64,000 nucleotides of DNA from Mytilus trossulus (Eukaryota), in contig NC_086375.1 in the NCBI RefSeq assembly GCF_036588685.1, positions 62,310,001-62,374,000 on the forward strand. Direction: 5' to 3'. This document shows, one piece after another, positions 41,103-54,900 of the stretch. Position 1 is the first letter of the stretch. Each line of letters starts with the position of its first letter. Both the position numbers and the translations under genes were made by a program. Under the pieces are notes generated by a model. The model worked only from the letters and a program-made list of their open reading frames with translations, was not told the DNA's origin and made no database searches.

Positions 41103-42810
41103 ACTTGGTTGGTCTGTAGGGCAAGTGTTTGTAATAACCATCATTTGTCATGCAGCCTCTGTCGGTTATCTGTTAGCCTACCTGGTCTGTAGGGCCAGTG
41201 TTTGTTATAAACATCATTTGTCATGCAGCCTCTGTCGGTTTACTGTTAGCCTACCTGGTCTGTAGGGCCAGTGCTTGTTATAACCATCACTTGTCATGCA
41301 GCCTCTGTCGGTTATCTGTTAGCCTACCTGGTCTGTAGGGCCAGTGTTTGTTATAACAATCACTTGTCATGCAGCCTCTGTTGGTTTACTGTTAGCCTAC
41401 CTGGTCAGTAGGGCCAGTGTTTATTATAACCATCATTTGTCATGCAGACTCTGTCGGTTATCTGTTAGCCTACCTGGTCTGTAGGGCCAGTGTTTGTTAT
41501 AACCATCATTTGTCATGCAGCCTCTGTCGGTTTACTGTTAGCCTACCTGGTCTGTAGGGCCAGTGTTTGCTTTAACCATCATTTGTCATGCAGCCTCTGT
41601 CGGTTATCTGTTAGCCTACCTGTTCTGTATGGCCAGTGTTTGTTATACCATCATTTGTCATGCAGAGTCTGTCGGTTATCTGTTAGCTTACCTGGTCTGT
41701 AGGGCCAGTGTTTGTCATAACCATCATTTGTCATGCAGCCTCTGTCGGTTATCTGTTAGCCTACCTGGCCTGTAGGGCCAGTGTTTGTTATAACCATCAT
41801 TTGTCATGCAGCCTCTGTCGGTTATCTGTTAGCCTACCTGGTCTGTAGTGCCAGTGTTTGTTATAACCATCACTTGTCATGCAGTCTCTGTCGGTTAACT
41901 GTTAGCTGACCTGGTTTGTAGAGCCAGTTTTTGTAATACCAATCACTTGACATGCAGCCTTTTTTGATTGACTCTAAGCTTGGTTTGTCTGTAGGGCAAG
42001 TGTTTGTTATAACCATCATTTGTCATGCAGCCTCTGTCGGTTTACTGTAAGCTTACCTGGTCTGTATAACCAGTGCTTGTTATAACCATCACTTGTCATG
42101 CAGCCTCTGTCGGTTATCTATTAGCCTACCTGGTCTGTAGGGCCAGTGTTTGTTATAACCATCACTTGACATGCAGCCTTTTTTAATTGACTCTAAGCTT
42201 ACTTGCTTGATCTGTAGGGCAAGTGTTTGTTATAACCATCACTTGACATGCATCCTTTTTCAATTAACGATAAGCTTATCTGGTTTGTAGAGCCAATGCA
42301 AGTTATAATCATCAGTTGATCGGCCGCCTCTGTTAGTTAACTGTACGCTTATCTAATCTGTGGGGCCAATGTTTTTTAAACCATCACTTGATCTGCAGAC
42401 TCTGTCAGTTAACTGTAAGCTTACCTGGTTTGTATGGTCAGTATTTGTTATAACAATTACTTGATCTGCAGTCTCTGTCCTTATCTGGTATGTGGGGCCA
42501 GCGTTTGTTATAATCTTCACTAGATCTGCATCTTCTGTCAGTTAACTATAAGTAAACTCTTACCTGGTTTGAATGGCTAGTGTTTGTTATAACCATCACT
42601 TGATCTGCAGCCTCTGTCAGTTAAATTTAAACTTATCTGAGCTGTAGGGCCAGTGTTTGTTATGAACATGACTTGACACGTAGCCTTAACTGTTAGCTTA
42701 CCTGGTCTAAAGAGCCATTACTTGACATGCAGCATCTAATTTAAACTGTTAGCAATTTGGTCTGTAGGGCCAGTGATTATGAATACCATTATTGAACTTG
42801 GAGCATCTAT
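41103..42810. repeat. 73-bp tandem satellite, right part
   Basis: Same unit, about 23 copies, degenerating to the right. Confidence 0.97.
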
Positions 42811-44927
42811 CATTTTAACATTCCATTACCTCCATTATAACTACACCGTATTCTAAGAAAGTTGAACAAAGCTTGACAGTACATGGAACGTCTTTTACTG
42901 TGGATATATTTATTAATGTGGGTATCAATTTTCGTGTATTGAGGAAAAATTGTATTTCGTGGATATTTGGTCTTGTGGTTTAGCAAGGATCTGCATACTG
43001 TAAAAGTCTGTAGAAAATGTGTACTTCATTGGACATTTAAATGAGTGTTTCACCTTAACAAACAAAATTCAGGAATCAAAGTGCTTGTAAGCAGTGAACG
43101 TAAAGATTGCTTCAATTTATATGTGGGAAGTAAAATTAAATATTGCATTGGTTGTAGTTGATTTAACAGCAATTCTAGACAAAGGATAATAACTCCAATT
43201 TTTAAATTGAGGTGACTTTACAATGACATCATTTATAATTTTAGAGCAGATATTAGATTCCTGCACCTTGCAAAAGTTACGTAATTTTCTTGACAAGTGT
43301 AACATCATTTTGTGCCTTGAATATCTGAGCATATATTACATTGATAAATTTATAGAAGGATAGGATGTATAGAATGTTATATATTTTGTGTATCAAAACG
43401 GTAGTGATAAGTCTTAGAAGACTTAGATATCAAGTCAGTCTGGTAAGGTTTTGATTGCATTTCATGTGGGCAATAATTTCAAACTTTGTAGAATTGATAA
43501 TTGGGAGATGATTATAAAAATTCCTCATTTCATGCTGAATAATGATTGCTTGACATGTATATGATTGTTATGATGCAAGAAGGACTACTATCAGCTAAAT
43601 AGACATTACATTTTTTTTCTCACCAAATTAGCCTATCAGTATCAAAGATAGATAACTTATAACAATGCTTGTTTTATTATAAATGTTTTAAAACATGGTT
43701 GGCAGACAATTCATGATTCTGATCAGTCCATTTCCATATTTTGAATCCTTATCATCAATGGATCATGAAATTGGCCTGATTAACTCAATAGAATAAAAAC
43801 TGGCTATATCAAAACATGTATACTTTGCAATTTGCAAATCTTTCAAAGTCCATGTACCATGATTGAACGGGCAAAAATTACCTCTAAGGTTATGAGAAAT
43901 GCCAATGCTTATAAATCTTTGAAAAAATTTCCAAGTCATTGTACTATGATGAGGGGGAAGGGCTGTATAATATCCATGGAAACGAGACTTGCAAATGCTA
44001 ATACATGTACTACTACATACCAAATATCATTTGTTATCATTAGTGGTTCATGTTAATCTGATCTAATCAAAAACTTTAACATGTTTAAAACTATGCAAAA
44101 TGTTTCATCAAACACCATGACTGAGGAGGCCAACTCAAGTAATCTCCATGGATTTGAGATGCGCTAATGCTAATGCATCTTTGTACATCTTCATATCTTA
44201 GAATCATTGATCAACCACTAGCAGTTTACCTTAAACTGACCTAATCACACACTAATTTTTGTATCTAAACAAACTTTCTAAGTCAAAAGACCATAAACGG
44301 TGGTGTAGTAAAAAAACAACAACATGGAAATGAGATGTGCCTATGCTAAAAGAACAGCACAGTAAATATCGTTGACATATCACTAGTCATTCCCAATAAA
44401 CTGATATTATCACAAGCTAATGCAATATTGACAATGGTGATGGAAACCACATGAATTAGTATTGACTTTTCAACTTTGTCAAAGTAGAACAAAAATTAAC
44501 AAATTGATTTTTGTATTCTTTATTGCATTTTCTCTCATGAATTTTTTCATGGACTGGTAACTATTCAGAGCTTGACATATTATATGGACACCTGCCTTTT
44601 TTCAAATCCATCAAGGATTATAACTCCTGATTTGCAAAATGTCATCAGTAACAACATATTAAATTTGAAAAGCATTGGCTGAATGATTCATATGTAATTG
44701 CTTATAGTGACATCTACCATTCTCTAAAGGACCATAACTCCTAAACTGTAGGCTAGGAAATTAATTAAGGAATAATAAATTAGAAACTCAAAACCATTAA
44801 GAGTACCTTTGCCATATTGTATAATAATTTGAAAAACTAATAACTCATGATGGCAGTTAGTAATTTACATGTCACATTCAATGAAATACATATACTAAAG
44901 CAATGACAAGCCTTGTCATATACAAAA

Positions 44928-45729
44928 GTTAAAAAAGGGCTGCGCTTTAGCGCATGATACGCCCTTTGCTCTTTTAACTTGTCTTTTATGTTTTAAATGT
45001 TGTCCCAAAATTGGAAAATCCCCCCCTTTTTAAGCATAAAAATTTATAACACGGAAATGTAAAATCTGAAATTTATAAAAATTGAAAGGGAGCTTACATC
45101 AATAGATATAAACAATTCACCAAAGTTTCATGGACATTGGTGAAAGCCTTTATGAGTTATTGTCCGAAGTGTTAAAAATCCCCCTTTTTTATGACTAAAG
45201 CCCCATAAATCCAAAACTTAAAATCTGAAATTTATATAAATTGAAAGGGAGCTTACATCAATAGATATAAACAATTCACCAAAGTTGCATGGACATTGGT
45301 GAAAGCCTTTTTGAGTTATTGTCCGAAGTGTTAAAAATCCCCCTTTTTTATGAATAAAGCCCCATAAATCCAAAACTTAAAATCTGAAATTTATAAAAAT
45401 TGAAAGGGAGCTTACATCAATAAATATAAACAATTCACCAAAGTTTCATGTACATTGGTGAAAGCCTTTTTGAGTTATTGTCCGAAGTGTTGAAAATCCC
45501 CCCTTTTTTAAAATAAAGCCCCATAAATCCCAAACTTAAAATCTGAAATGAAAAAAAAAACCGAAAGGGAGCTTACGTCAATAGATATAAACAATTCACT
45601 TAATATTCATGGAAATTGGTGAAAGTGTTTTTGAGTTATTGTCCGAAGTGTGGACGACGGACGGACAGACGGACGGACGGACAACGGTATACCATAATAC
45701 GTCCCGTCTAAAAGACGGGCGTATAAAAA
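44928..45729 (+). mobile_element. Non-autonomous Helentron/HINE-like element with 4 x 159-bp tandem repeats
   Basis: 5' box gctgcgctttagcgcatgatacgccc; 159-bp period (45061, 45220, 45379, 45538); (ggac)n; 3' hairpin tacgtcccgtc-taaaa-gacgggcgta. Confidence 0.8.
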
Positions 45730-45776
45730 TGACTTTTAGAAAGACAAAAAACATTTAAATAATATTTCATAAATAA

Positions 45777-45782
45777 TTTATT
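45777..45782 (-). promoter_or_regulatory. Candidate poly(A) signal AATAAA of SCYL1
   Basis: tttatt on the plus strand, about 30 nt after the stop; the motif is common in AT-rich DNA. Confidence 0.35.
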
Positions 45783-45812
45783 ACATCATGACTTCCTATA
45801 AATACTATAATC

Positions 45813-45946
45813 TCAATCGGCAGCCATTTTTTTGGCTCCAAGTTTTAATCCACCACGAGCTTTTCTTGCCTCTCTTTTTTGTTGAAGTTCTTTTTGTCGT
45901 TGCAACCTTTTTTCTTCCCTATTTCCTACATCACTTTTTGTTGAAT
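45813..45946 (-). CDS. SCYL1: SCYL1 terminal coding exon ([43 protein letters not shown])
   Basis: 134 nt, charged coiled-coil-like stretch plus KLGA motif, TGA at 45815-45813. Confidence 0.9.
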
Positions 45947-48900
45947 CTGAAAGAAAATAAAAAGTATTAATTTTAACATCTATGCATTATGTTGAACCTA
46001 CATTAACTCAAAATATATCTTCCTGTAGGAACAGTTTAAAGGTTATGTTTTGTTTTCAACAAATGACAGTTTCGAAATTTTTATAATTTTGAATTTGCTA
46101 TATCTGCAGGAAACATGGTGTTGATCTGAATTTAAATTGATGTTAACCATACTATGGCAGAGGCGGATTTAGGGGGCAGGGGGCCCGGGCCCCCCCTTTT
46201 TCGGAAAAAAATTGGTTGCTTATATAGGGAATCACTGAAGCGTGACTGGAGCGGGCCCCCTCTTAGGTCAGTCAGTGGGCCCCCACTTATGAGAATTTGT
46301 GGATCCGCCACTGTATGGGTGTCTATGAATGAGTTGTGTTAGTCGAATTTTCTGTTCACAAATATTGAATCAGTATTTTATTTCCAGCTTTTAAAAGTAT
46401 TGAAAGTATTTGACAATTCAAAGCTACTGAAAGAATCCTCTACTGAAAGCATAAAACTACATCAATTATCATCTGAATCTTCCCATGATGCACTATTATA
46501 TCTCACCATTAAATGAACCCCATCCACTGTCCTCCCAGCCTCCACCTGAATCTTCCAATGATGCACTATCACTGTTTGTTTTAACACTAGATTGTTTACT
46601 ATTAGAAGTCACTGATGTCACAGATTTGTTTGTTACTTTCGTATCACTCCATGAATCATCCTCCCACCCTGTGTCTTCTACATCCCAGCCTTCAGATTTG
46701 TCTTGACTAGAGTTTATATTGCTGGTTACCCTTGCTGGACTTGATCGAGAACTACCAGCACCTGGAGCTGGACTCAACCTAGAATGACCACTGGATGCAC
46801 TGGCTGCTGTCTTTAAAATATTTGTTGGCTTTTTCTTAAAAAAATTAAAAATATTTAGTAAATTTACACTGCAATTTATTATGTATGTTATTATTATTAT
46901 TATACTATTATCCATACTAAGAAATTTAAACAAAGTGAAATTTTATGTCATTATATTATTAAACTATATCAGAGCTGACAAAACATCTAGCTTATATCTA
47001 CTGTAGGTAAAACATTGCTGAGTCACCTTGTTCAGGTTCTCCCCAGGTTTAGGAGGTGGCTTGAGGTCAATAATTGATGTAAGTCAATCCATTGCTGAGG
47101 TTTTCCCCAGGTATAAGAGCTGACTTGAAGGACATTAAAACTTAAAGTCAAACCCATTGTTGAACCAAATTAATCATCGTGCTGAGGTCCTCTGCTGGTT
47201 TAGGTTCTGGCTTGAGTTATATACTTACTGTTGGTAAACCCATTGATGAGGCAAAGAAATCATCCTGCTGGGGTGCTCCCCAGGTATAGGAGCTGGCTTG
47301 TTGTAAACCACTATCTTCAGTTGACAGAAATTCATCTTCACTATTCCTGTCAGAATTCTGTGGTTTATGGTTTAGTTTTAATGCATGAGATCCACTGGGA
47401 GCTGGCTTCTGCCAATAAATATATATTGACAATTGCAATTAAAAAACTACAACTCTTCATATTTCCATAAAAAGCAAAATGTAATCAGTAATATAATTGC
47501 GATTAAAGGCATTTTGGTAAAAAGAAAAGAGTAATTTTTACATGTTTTTGTTGAATTTTAGAGTAAAATGTTTCTTTTCAAAATGAATTAATTTGTATCA
47601 GAGAGATAATAAAAGCTTTACATCCAACTTATTTGGTTTTGGTATATAGTGTCTATCCTTCCTATTTGTCTTTTTCTTAGACACTCAAATATTTGCCACA
47701 ATTACAGTTCTAGGCTCTCGTCATGCTTTTGTTGTAACCTCAAAGTACACAGACTGAGCTGTGATACTCCTAACTTACATAAAGATTGACAGACTTTTAA
47801 AAGAATGGCCCTGTTGTGAAACAAATTCAGGGGAAATTGGTAGTTCGTCAGTTATAATAAGATGTGGAAGATAAAAAGCAAGAAAAGAAAGAAATATATC
47901 TGTACAAAATGATGAAGCTGTAGTTGTATTTGAGATAATTTTTGTTTAGATGGGATATTTTAATAGAAATCATACTGTATTATACAATTATCAATTATCT
48001 TTTGTTGTTAAATACTGCGTTCATGTGATCTATATCCAATGTGTTAAGACCTGGGGTGATTTGTTATGTGTTGACAACCGTATCTTGACCTCTAAATTCT
48101 AGGGTTGATGTCTCTTTAATGTGTAACTCAAAACCCCCAAAATTCTTATATATTCAGAATTTTTATGCCCTACATATGTTATCAAAATTCTTATGCCCTA
48201 CATATGTTATCAAAATTCTTATGAGTGCAAAGCCTTTCAAAACTTTCAACTTTTTGTTGTTTACTGAAACCATTTAAGTTTTAAAAATCTGAAAACTAAA
48301 ATATGCAATATTCTAGAATTTTAAGTTCGTGAAAAAATAATTTGGTTCAAAAATGAAACCTACATATTGCATTTGAAATGGTGTCTCCTCCAGACTTCCC
48401 CAGTTGTCATCATCATCATCACCATTGTCCCATCCAGAGTTATCACCACTGACACCAACAGTGGCTGTAGTAGATGTTACTGTTGGACTGGAAACAGGAC
48501 TTGCCTAAAATATAAATAGAACAGCTGTCTTTATTCAATGATTAAGAGATGCTACAATATTGAAATATAATCATAAGATGGTTTTCCAAAAATAGTACCA
48601 AAAAAAAAAGTTTGGTTTCCTTATTATTAATGTATCAATTCATCTTTATTATTTTGTACAGGAACTTTCTATCATATAATTAAATTTGGCCTTTTTCTAG
48701 ATTTCACATTCATCGATTTTAGTAAGAAATATCATGCAAAGCAAAAATAACTGTTGGAAACACAGTTATCTCCCTTTTAACTGAACAAAAATTTGTTTAA
48801 CTGATTTCCATACAATATAGTGTGAAAAAGATAACTGATAATAATGAATAGTGAAGAAAAACTTTGACCAATCTTTAATCAATTCAAAACTAAGTAATGG

Positions 48901-51900
48901 TATAGAAAATGGGAGATAACTCTTGCCACAGTATGTTATGAATCATTGAAATTGTAATGTGATAAATAATTACATCAATATCACCCCAATCTTCATCGTC
49001 CCATCCTCCCCCTTGATCTGTTTCCTCTGGCTCTGGAAGATTAGTTTCCACTGGTTCAGGTTCTGATTTTGTTTGAACTGTTGGTTTTGTTGATTCCACT
49101 GTAGAACTTGGTGCTCCTCCAGACAATGAAGGATTTTCACCTGCTAAAAGATTTATTTGCTATCTTGAAAAGCATTCTTTTTCTATTATGAGAAGCATTA
49201 TATATAACATTCTATTGGATTCATCTGAATAAATGTCTGTGAGTAATAAAAGAAATCTACACTTCTTTCAGCAGTTCAATAATCTATTAAAGAGGGTCCC
49301 CAAGGGTGACTGGGGTATAGAAATAAGGTCACTTGGTCTTCTCCCGACCGGCAGTAAAACGCTTGCCGAAGTGGGGCGTCCGTTTGGCTGTGCGGGATGT
49401 ATCAAGTTCGCAGTCACGTCCGGTCAGATTGGGGACGTTAAATCCGATGTCTCGTGTAAGGAGAGTACCACGCTCTTTGCACGTTAAGAACCCTTGCAAC
49501 AACTCTCTGAGGGGTCCGTAGGTGGCCTGTTGCAAGGCAAAATTTCTGTCCCTATCCAATATACCCTCTTTTTCCGGTGGCAGTCCAAATTTCTCCGACC
49601 ATCATCCCAGGTGGCCTCTATTGTATCAACCTACCTATTGTATTTATTGTGAACTTGTTCTCGTCCTGAATATGCATGAAATATTTGCCACTGGACGTTA
49701 AGCAACCAACAATCAATTATTAAAGAGGGTATACAAGTGTTACACTTCTTCATTCTCCCTCTCTTCATGCTAACACCAATTCATTAAATTCACCTGGCTT
49801 TATGATTTAGAACACTTTTTTCATTTAATTAGTCTCCAAAGAACATGAATAGCTTTGTACTAGACAAACACTGTCAGAGTCAATTTTTTAAAGTGCAAGA
49901 ACAAGCAAATATTAACTTTCAAGTCTTCAATTTAGCCCAAGAGGGGCTCAAACACAGGAGCTCATGCACTCTAGTTGAGCAAAATACCAAGAAACCTCTT
50001 CTGAGGTGGAAGCTTGACCCTGAATAATAATAGACAAGCACAAATGGGTCCTATTAACATAAGTATCTAAACACCTACTAGATGTATAAATGGTTCGCCA
50101 TTCGTTTTTACCTTGTGGATTTTTAGGTCTGGCTTTGCTGTATATTTTGGAAGTTAACGAGGAAACACCAGTAACAGCCCAACCAGCCCATCCTGCAGCA
50201 ACACTAGATGGGGAACCACCAGACATTACATCCTTCTCTGCAAAAAACATATATATCAAATATAGTATCAATCAATCATGAATACTAACAGACTTATGTC
50301 ATTGTTAGCTACAGAATTGATATTTATGATATATTCAGACAGACACATTGAATAATTAATATATGCTTTTGAAAAATATGATCTTTGTATCTATGTTATT
50401 TTGACTGCTTTGTTTTGTAGCATAGTTTTATGTTTAAAGTAATCATATTTGATTTGTTTTGTAGCATAGTTTTATGTTTAAAGTCATCATATTTGATTTG
50501 TTTTGTAGCATAGTTTTATGTTTAAAGTCATCATATTTGATTTGTTTTGTAGCATAGTTTTATGTTTAAAGTCATCATATTTGATTTGTTTTGTAGCATA
50601 GTTTTATGTTTAAAGTCATCATATTTGATTTGTTTTAAAGCATAGCTTTATGTTTAATGTCATCATATTAGATTGTTTTACTATGTGCTATAGATCTATT
50701 TTTCTGTTGTCTCTATAAAAGGGAAAGTCTTACCTAAAAATTCATTGAATCTGATATCTTTTCAGAAAAATGAGCCAGTAAATTTTTTTTTTCTCCAAAT
50801 AATGATCATATTTAAAATGAGAGTCCTAGTGGGTTTTTTTTTGGTTTTTTTTTTTGGTGAATATTTGGATGAAGTTATCTATTATATATGTAACTATGTT
50901 GGGTCATTTAGAGTTTATCACTGATTTGAACAAAGAAAGTTAAGCCATTACAACTGATTGTTTTGGTTTAAAATATATATTTCTCAAAGTGTTTTAAAAA
51001 GGTACAATATAAGTAATATTTGTTAATTACCCATCTCTTCCAGTAAGTCAGGATTTTCTGATACCTTTTCCAACTTTGATATGAAACCTTTGATAGCTTT
51101 GAAAGCCTGCAATAATTAATACAGTCCCAATTACTTACTGGACATATCTATATAGAATGAAATTCATAATTGTGTAGTTAGGCCATCCATTGACTGGGAC
51201 AGGTTAGGTGAAAGTTTGTCTGTGATGTCCACTGTTCACGACATACTTATTATAGACATTTAAACTGTTAAACTGTGAGGTCATCAAAGGTTATCAACGC
51301 CTAAATAAAATAATTCTAAATACTTTTTAGGAATTATCTTTGTGATTTGATTTATATTGAATACTTAAACGTTCAGTTTTTTTTGTTATGTTTTGACAAT
51401 CAATTTCATAATAAGATATCTCATGTTCTTTCAGAATTTTTTTTTTATTTAATTGGCTTTTAAAGTTACAATGCATGTGTTGATTTATTATCTTTTTATC
51501 ACGTCAAAGTGATTTAACAATTGGGGTTGTCTTTAAACTTGTAAATTTGAAACCTTTTTTTATAAACTGACTTCCAACTTACTTGATCACGGACACTTTT
51601 TTCAGGATCCATCGTTGCATTACATAAAGCTGGCAGTAACCTCATTGAGACTTCTTTGAGATGAAAATAATTCTGGGTTGCTGCCATACCTAAGATACCT
51701 GCCTGTCTGACTGCAGGGAAGGGATCTCGTAAGGCTCGTAAGAAGGCAGAGGTGATAATCTTCTGCCTAATCTATAATACAAATCAATAGCTAATATTAT
51801 ACACAAAATAATTTAAAGTCTGCATTGAAAGAACTAGAGGCTCTCAAGAGCCTGTGTCGCTCACCTTGGTTTATTTGCATATTAAACAATGGACACAGAT

Positions 51901-54900
51901 AAATTCATAACAAAATTGTGTTTTGGTGATGGTGATGTGTTTGCAGATCTTACTTTACTGGACATTCTTGTTGCTACAATTAGCTCTATCTATAATGAAG
52001 TGACCCAGTAATTACAGTGGAAAATATTTTCTAAAAATCTACCAAAAATTTATGAAAAATGAAAAAAATTGACTATAAAGGGCAATAACTCCAAAAGAGG
52101 TCAACTGACCATATCAGTCGTGTTGACTTATTTGTAAATCTTACTTTGCTGAACATTATTGCTGTTTACTGTTTATCTCTATCTATAATATTATTCAAGA
52201 TAATAACCAAAAACCGCAAAATTCATTTAAAATTACTAATTCAGGGGCAGCTACCCAATAACCAGTAGTTAGATTCATCTGAAACTTTCAGGGCAGATAG
52301 ATCTTCACCTGATTAACAATTTAAATTCATGCCAGTTTTGCTCTATATGCTTTGGTTTTTGAGTTATAAGCCAAAAACTGCATTTTACCCCTATGTTCTA
52401 TTTTTAGCCATGGTGGCCATCTTGGTTGGTTGACCGGGTCAACCGACACAATTTCTAAACTAGATACCCCAATGATGATTGTGGGCAAGTTGGGTTTAAT
52501 TTGGCCCAGTAGTTTCAGAGGAGAAGATTTTTGTAAAAGATTACTAAGATTTACGAAAAATGGTTAAAACTTGACTATAAAGGGCAATAACTCCTTAAGG
52601 GGTCAACTGACCATTTTGGTCATGTTGACTTATTTATAAATCTTATTTTGCTGAACATTTTTGCCTTTTACAGTTTATCTCTATCTATATAACTATTCAA
52701 GATAATAACCAAAAACAGCAAAATTTTCTTAAAATTATCAATTCAGGGGCAGCAACCCAACAACGGGTTGTTCGATTCATCTGAAATTTTTACAGCTGTT
52801 AGATCTTGACCTGATAAACAATTGTACCCCTTGTCAGATTTGCTCTAATTGCTTTGGTTTTTGAGTTATTAGCCAAAAACTGCATTTTACCCCTATGTTC
52901 TATTTTTAGCCATGGCGGCCATCTTGGATGGTTGACCGGGTCACCGGACACAATTTTTAAACTAGATACCCTAATGATGATTGTGGCCAAGTTTGGTTTG
53001 ATTTGGCCGAGTAGTTTCAGAGGAGAAGATTTTTGTAAAAGTTAACGCAGGACGACGACGGACGCCGGACGCAAAGTGATGAAAAAAGCTTACTTATATT
53101 TGTCGATTTCAGTAATTATAAAGATAATTTCTATATCTAGTTTGTATTCTAATGCTGTATTCTATAAAAAAAAATCAATAGAAAAACATACATTCAATCA
53201 GATACTTAAATTCATGGATTTGATTATAATCGATAAAAAAAACTTAGATAGAAGTACTTAAAAGTTTATTTTTTCATTTGAAAAAATCTCATTTTAAAAT
53301 ATCAAGACACAAAACTTGATATGAACTTATAATAAAGTACTTACATTTGGACTTAGGTATCCTGCTATTTTACCCAGACACACTGTTGTGTTTGTTCTAA
53401 TACCTCCCTGTAATGTGATGGACCAAATTACTACATACATTATACATGGAAATGGATTAAAATACCTAATGCATTGAAGGAAAATGTTAATAATTATAAA
53501 TGGTAAAAAGCTGTTTTCACTTTAAGGAACTATATTAACACAAGGTAGTGCCTAGATATAGAGGATTAGAGTCCTGCCTTTCTACAGCAATTATAAGAAA
53601 AATTAACTTCCTTAAAATTAGCAGAATTGCTAAATGATATAAACAGGTTGACAGAATCACAAAACTTAGAATATTTCTTCACTTGCATGTTTTTGTAGTA
53701 TTACAAATATATAATAACATTCAGTTATATAAAGAAATTCAATATGCCAAAAGATAAACAAAACATCTGTATTAATATGACATAAATATATTAACCTGAT
53801 CATCTTTGGCCTGTAATCTTGCAAAGTGTTTCATCAATTCTTCATTTAAGTTTTTATAATTCAACTTTGCAGCTAACTGTAACATTGCCTGGAAAGATGG
53901 AAAATTTGACTTTCAGAAAATGTGGTATGATTGCCAATTATTTTATGCAAACGTTTCTATTTTTTACTTTTTTACCCCAAAAAATGTACATTTAGATTTT
54001 TTTTTAGTGCATTCATAATTTAAATTGTAACAATGAACACAAATGCGAGTTCATTTATTGCATAATAGAAAATGGTGCAAACAAGTTATATTGCAATAAT
54101 TGAAAATATGAATAATTTTTGGAAGCCTGTCCAATTGCAATTTTTGCAAAAATAAAATGTCACAAAAACTTCTGAATTCACAGTATATAAATATTATGTA
54201 ATTATATTTGACTTACTTTTACAGTACTTTCTCTGACTAGTGGGTTGGTATCTGAGAAACCATGACTGATCTGAGGGAATATCTGGTTATTAACTGTATC
54301 TGGTTGTAAGAACTCACCAAAGGAATCAATCTGTCAACCAAATGTTTATACTTAGTACTTAAAAATATATAACAGAATTATATAAGAACTTACATTAAAG
54401 TAAATTAGATGTGTTTATCTTTAAAATACAAAATTGTATAGTCCTGACATAATTTAAAATCAAAGAAATAAAGAATGAGTTAATGGTTTTTTAAAAGGCA
54501 AATAAAATGCAGAGCATATGAAAGAGCTAAACAGATACAGATATATATAAATGGGTTCTACCACTGAATCAAGTGTGATACAATTTTCCTATGAATTAGA
54601 AACATAAATTACTTAACAAAACCCTATATTTTAATTTCAATTTCACCATGTTTCATAATAAGATAATGTATAGACTTAAACAAGTTAGTCCCTTACCAAC
54701 ATCCTACAAAAAGACCTACCTGTTGTAACAATTTGACCCTCGTAGCTCTATCTGTTGAGGAGAATAATTTAACCACACAAGGAACTATCTTCTTCTGATA
54801 CTCATCCATATCTAACAGTTTACCTATCTGCAATGCGAAGAAATGCAAAACAGTAAAGAGTTGGATAACATCAGAAAATCAGGCCTGTAGCCAGAAATTT

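Noticed and set aside
37118-41775. Cys/His-rich ORFs in the satellite
   Set aside because: The 73-bp period is not a multiple of 3 and frames stop about every 3 units; this is a translation artefact.
36590-42810. CRISPR-like array next to an integrase/RT
   Set aside because: Units are contiguous 73-bp copies with no unique spacers, and the neighbouring ORFs are BEL/Pao pol, not cas.
49233-49559. Three overlapping ORFs
   Set aside because: They lie inside the GC-richer SINE bounded by a TSD.
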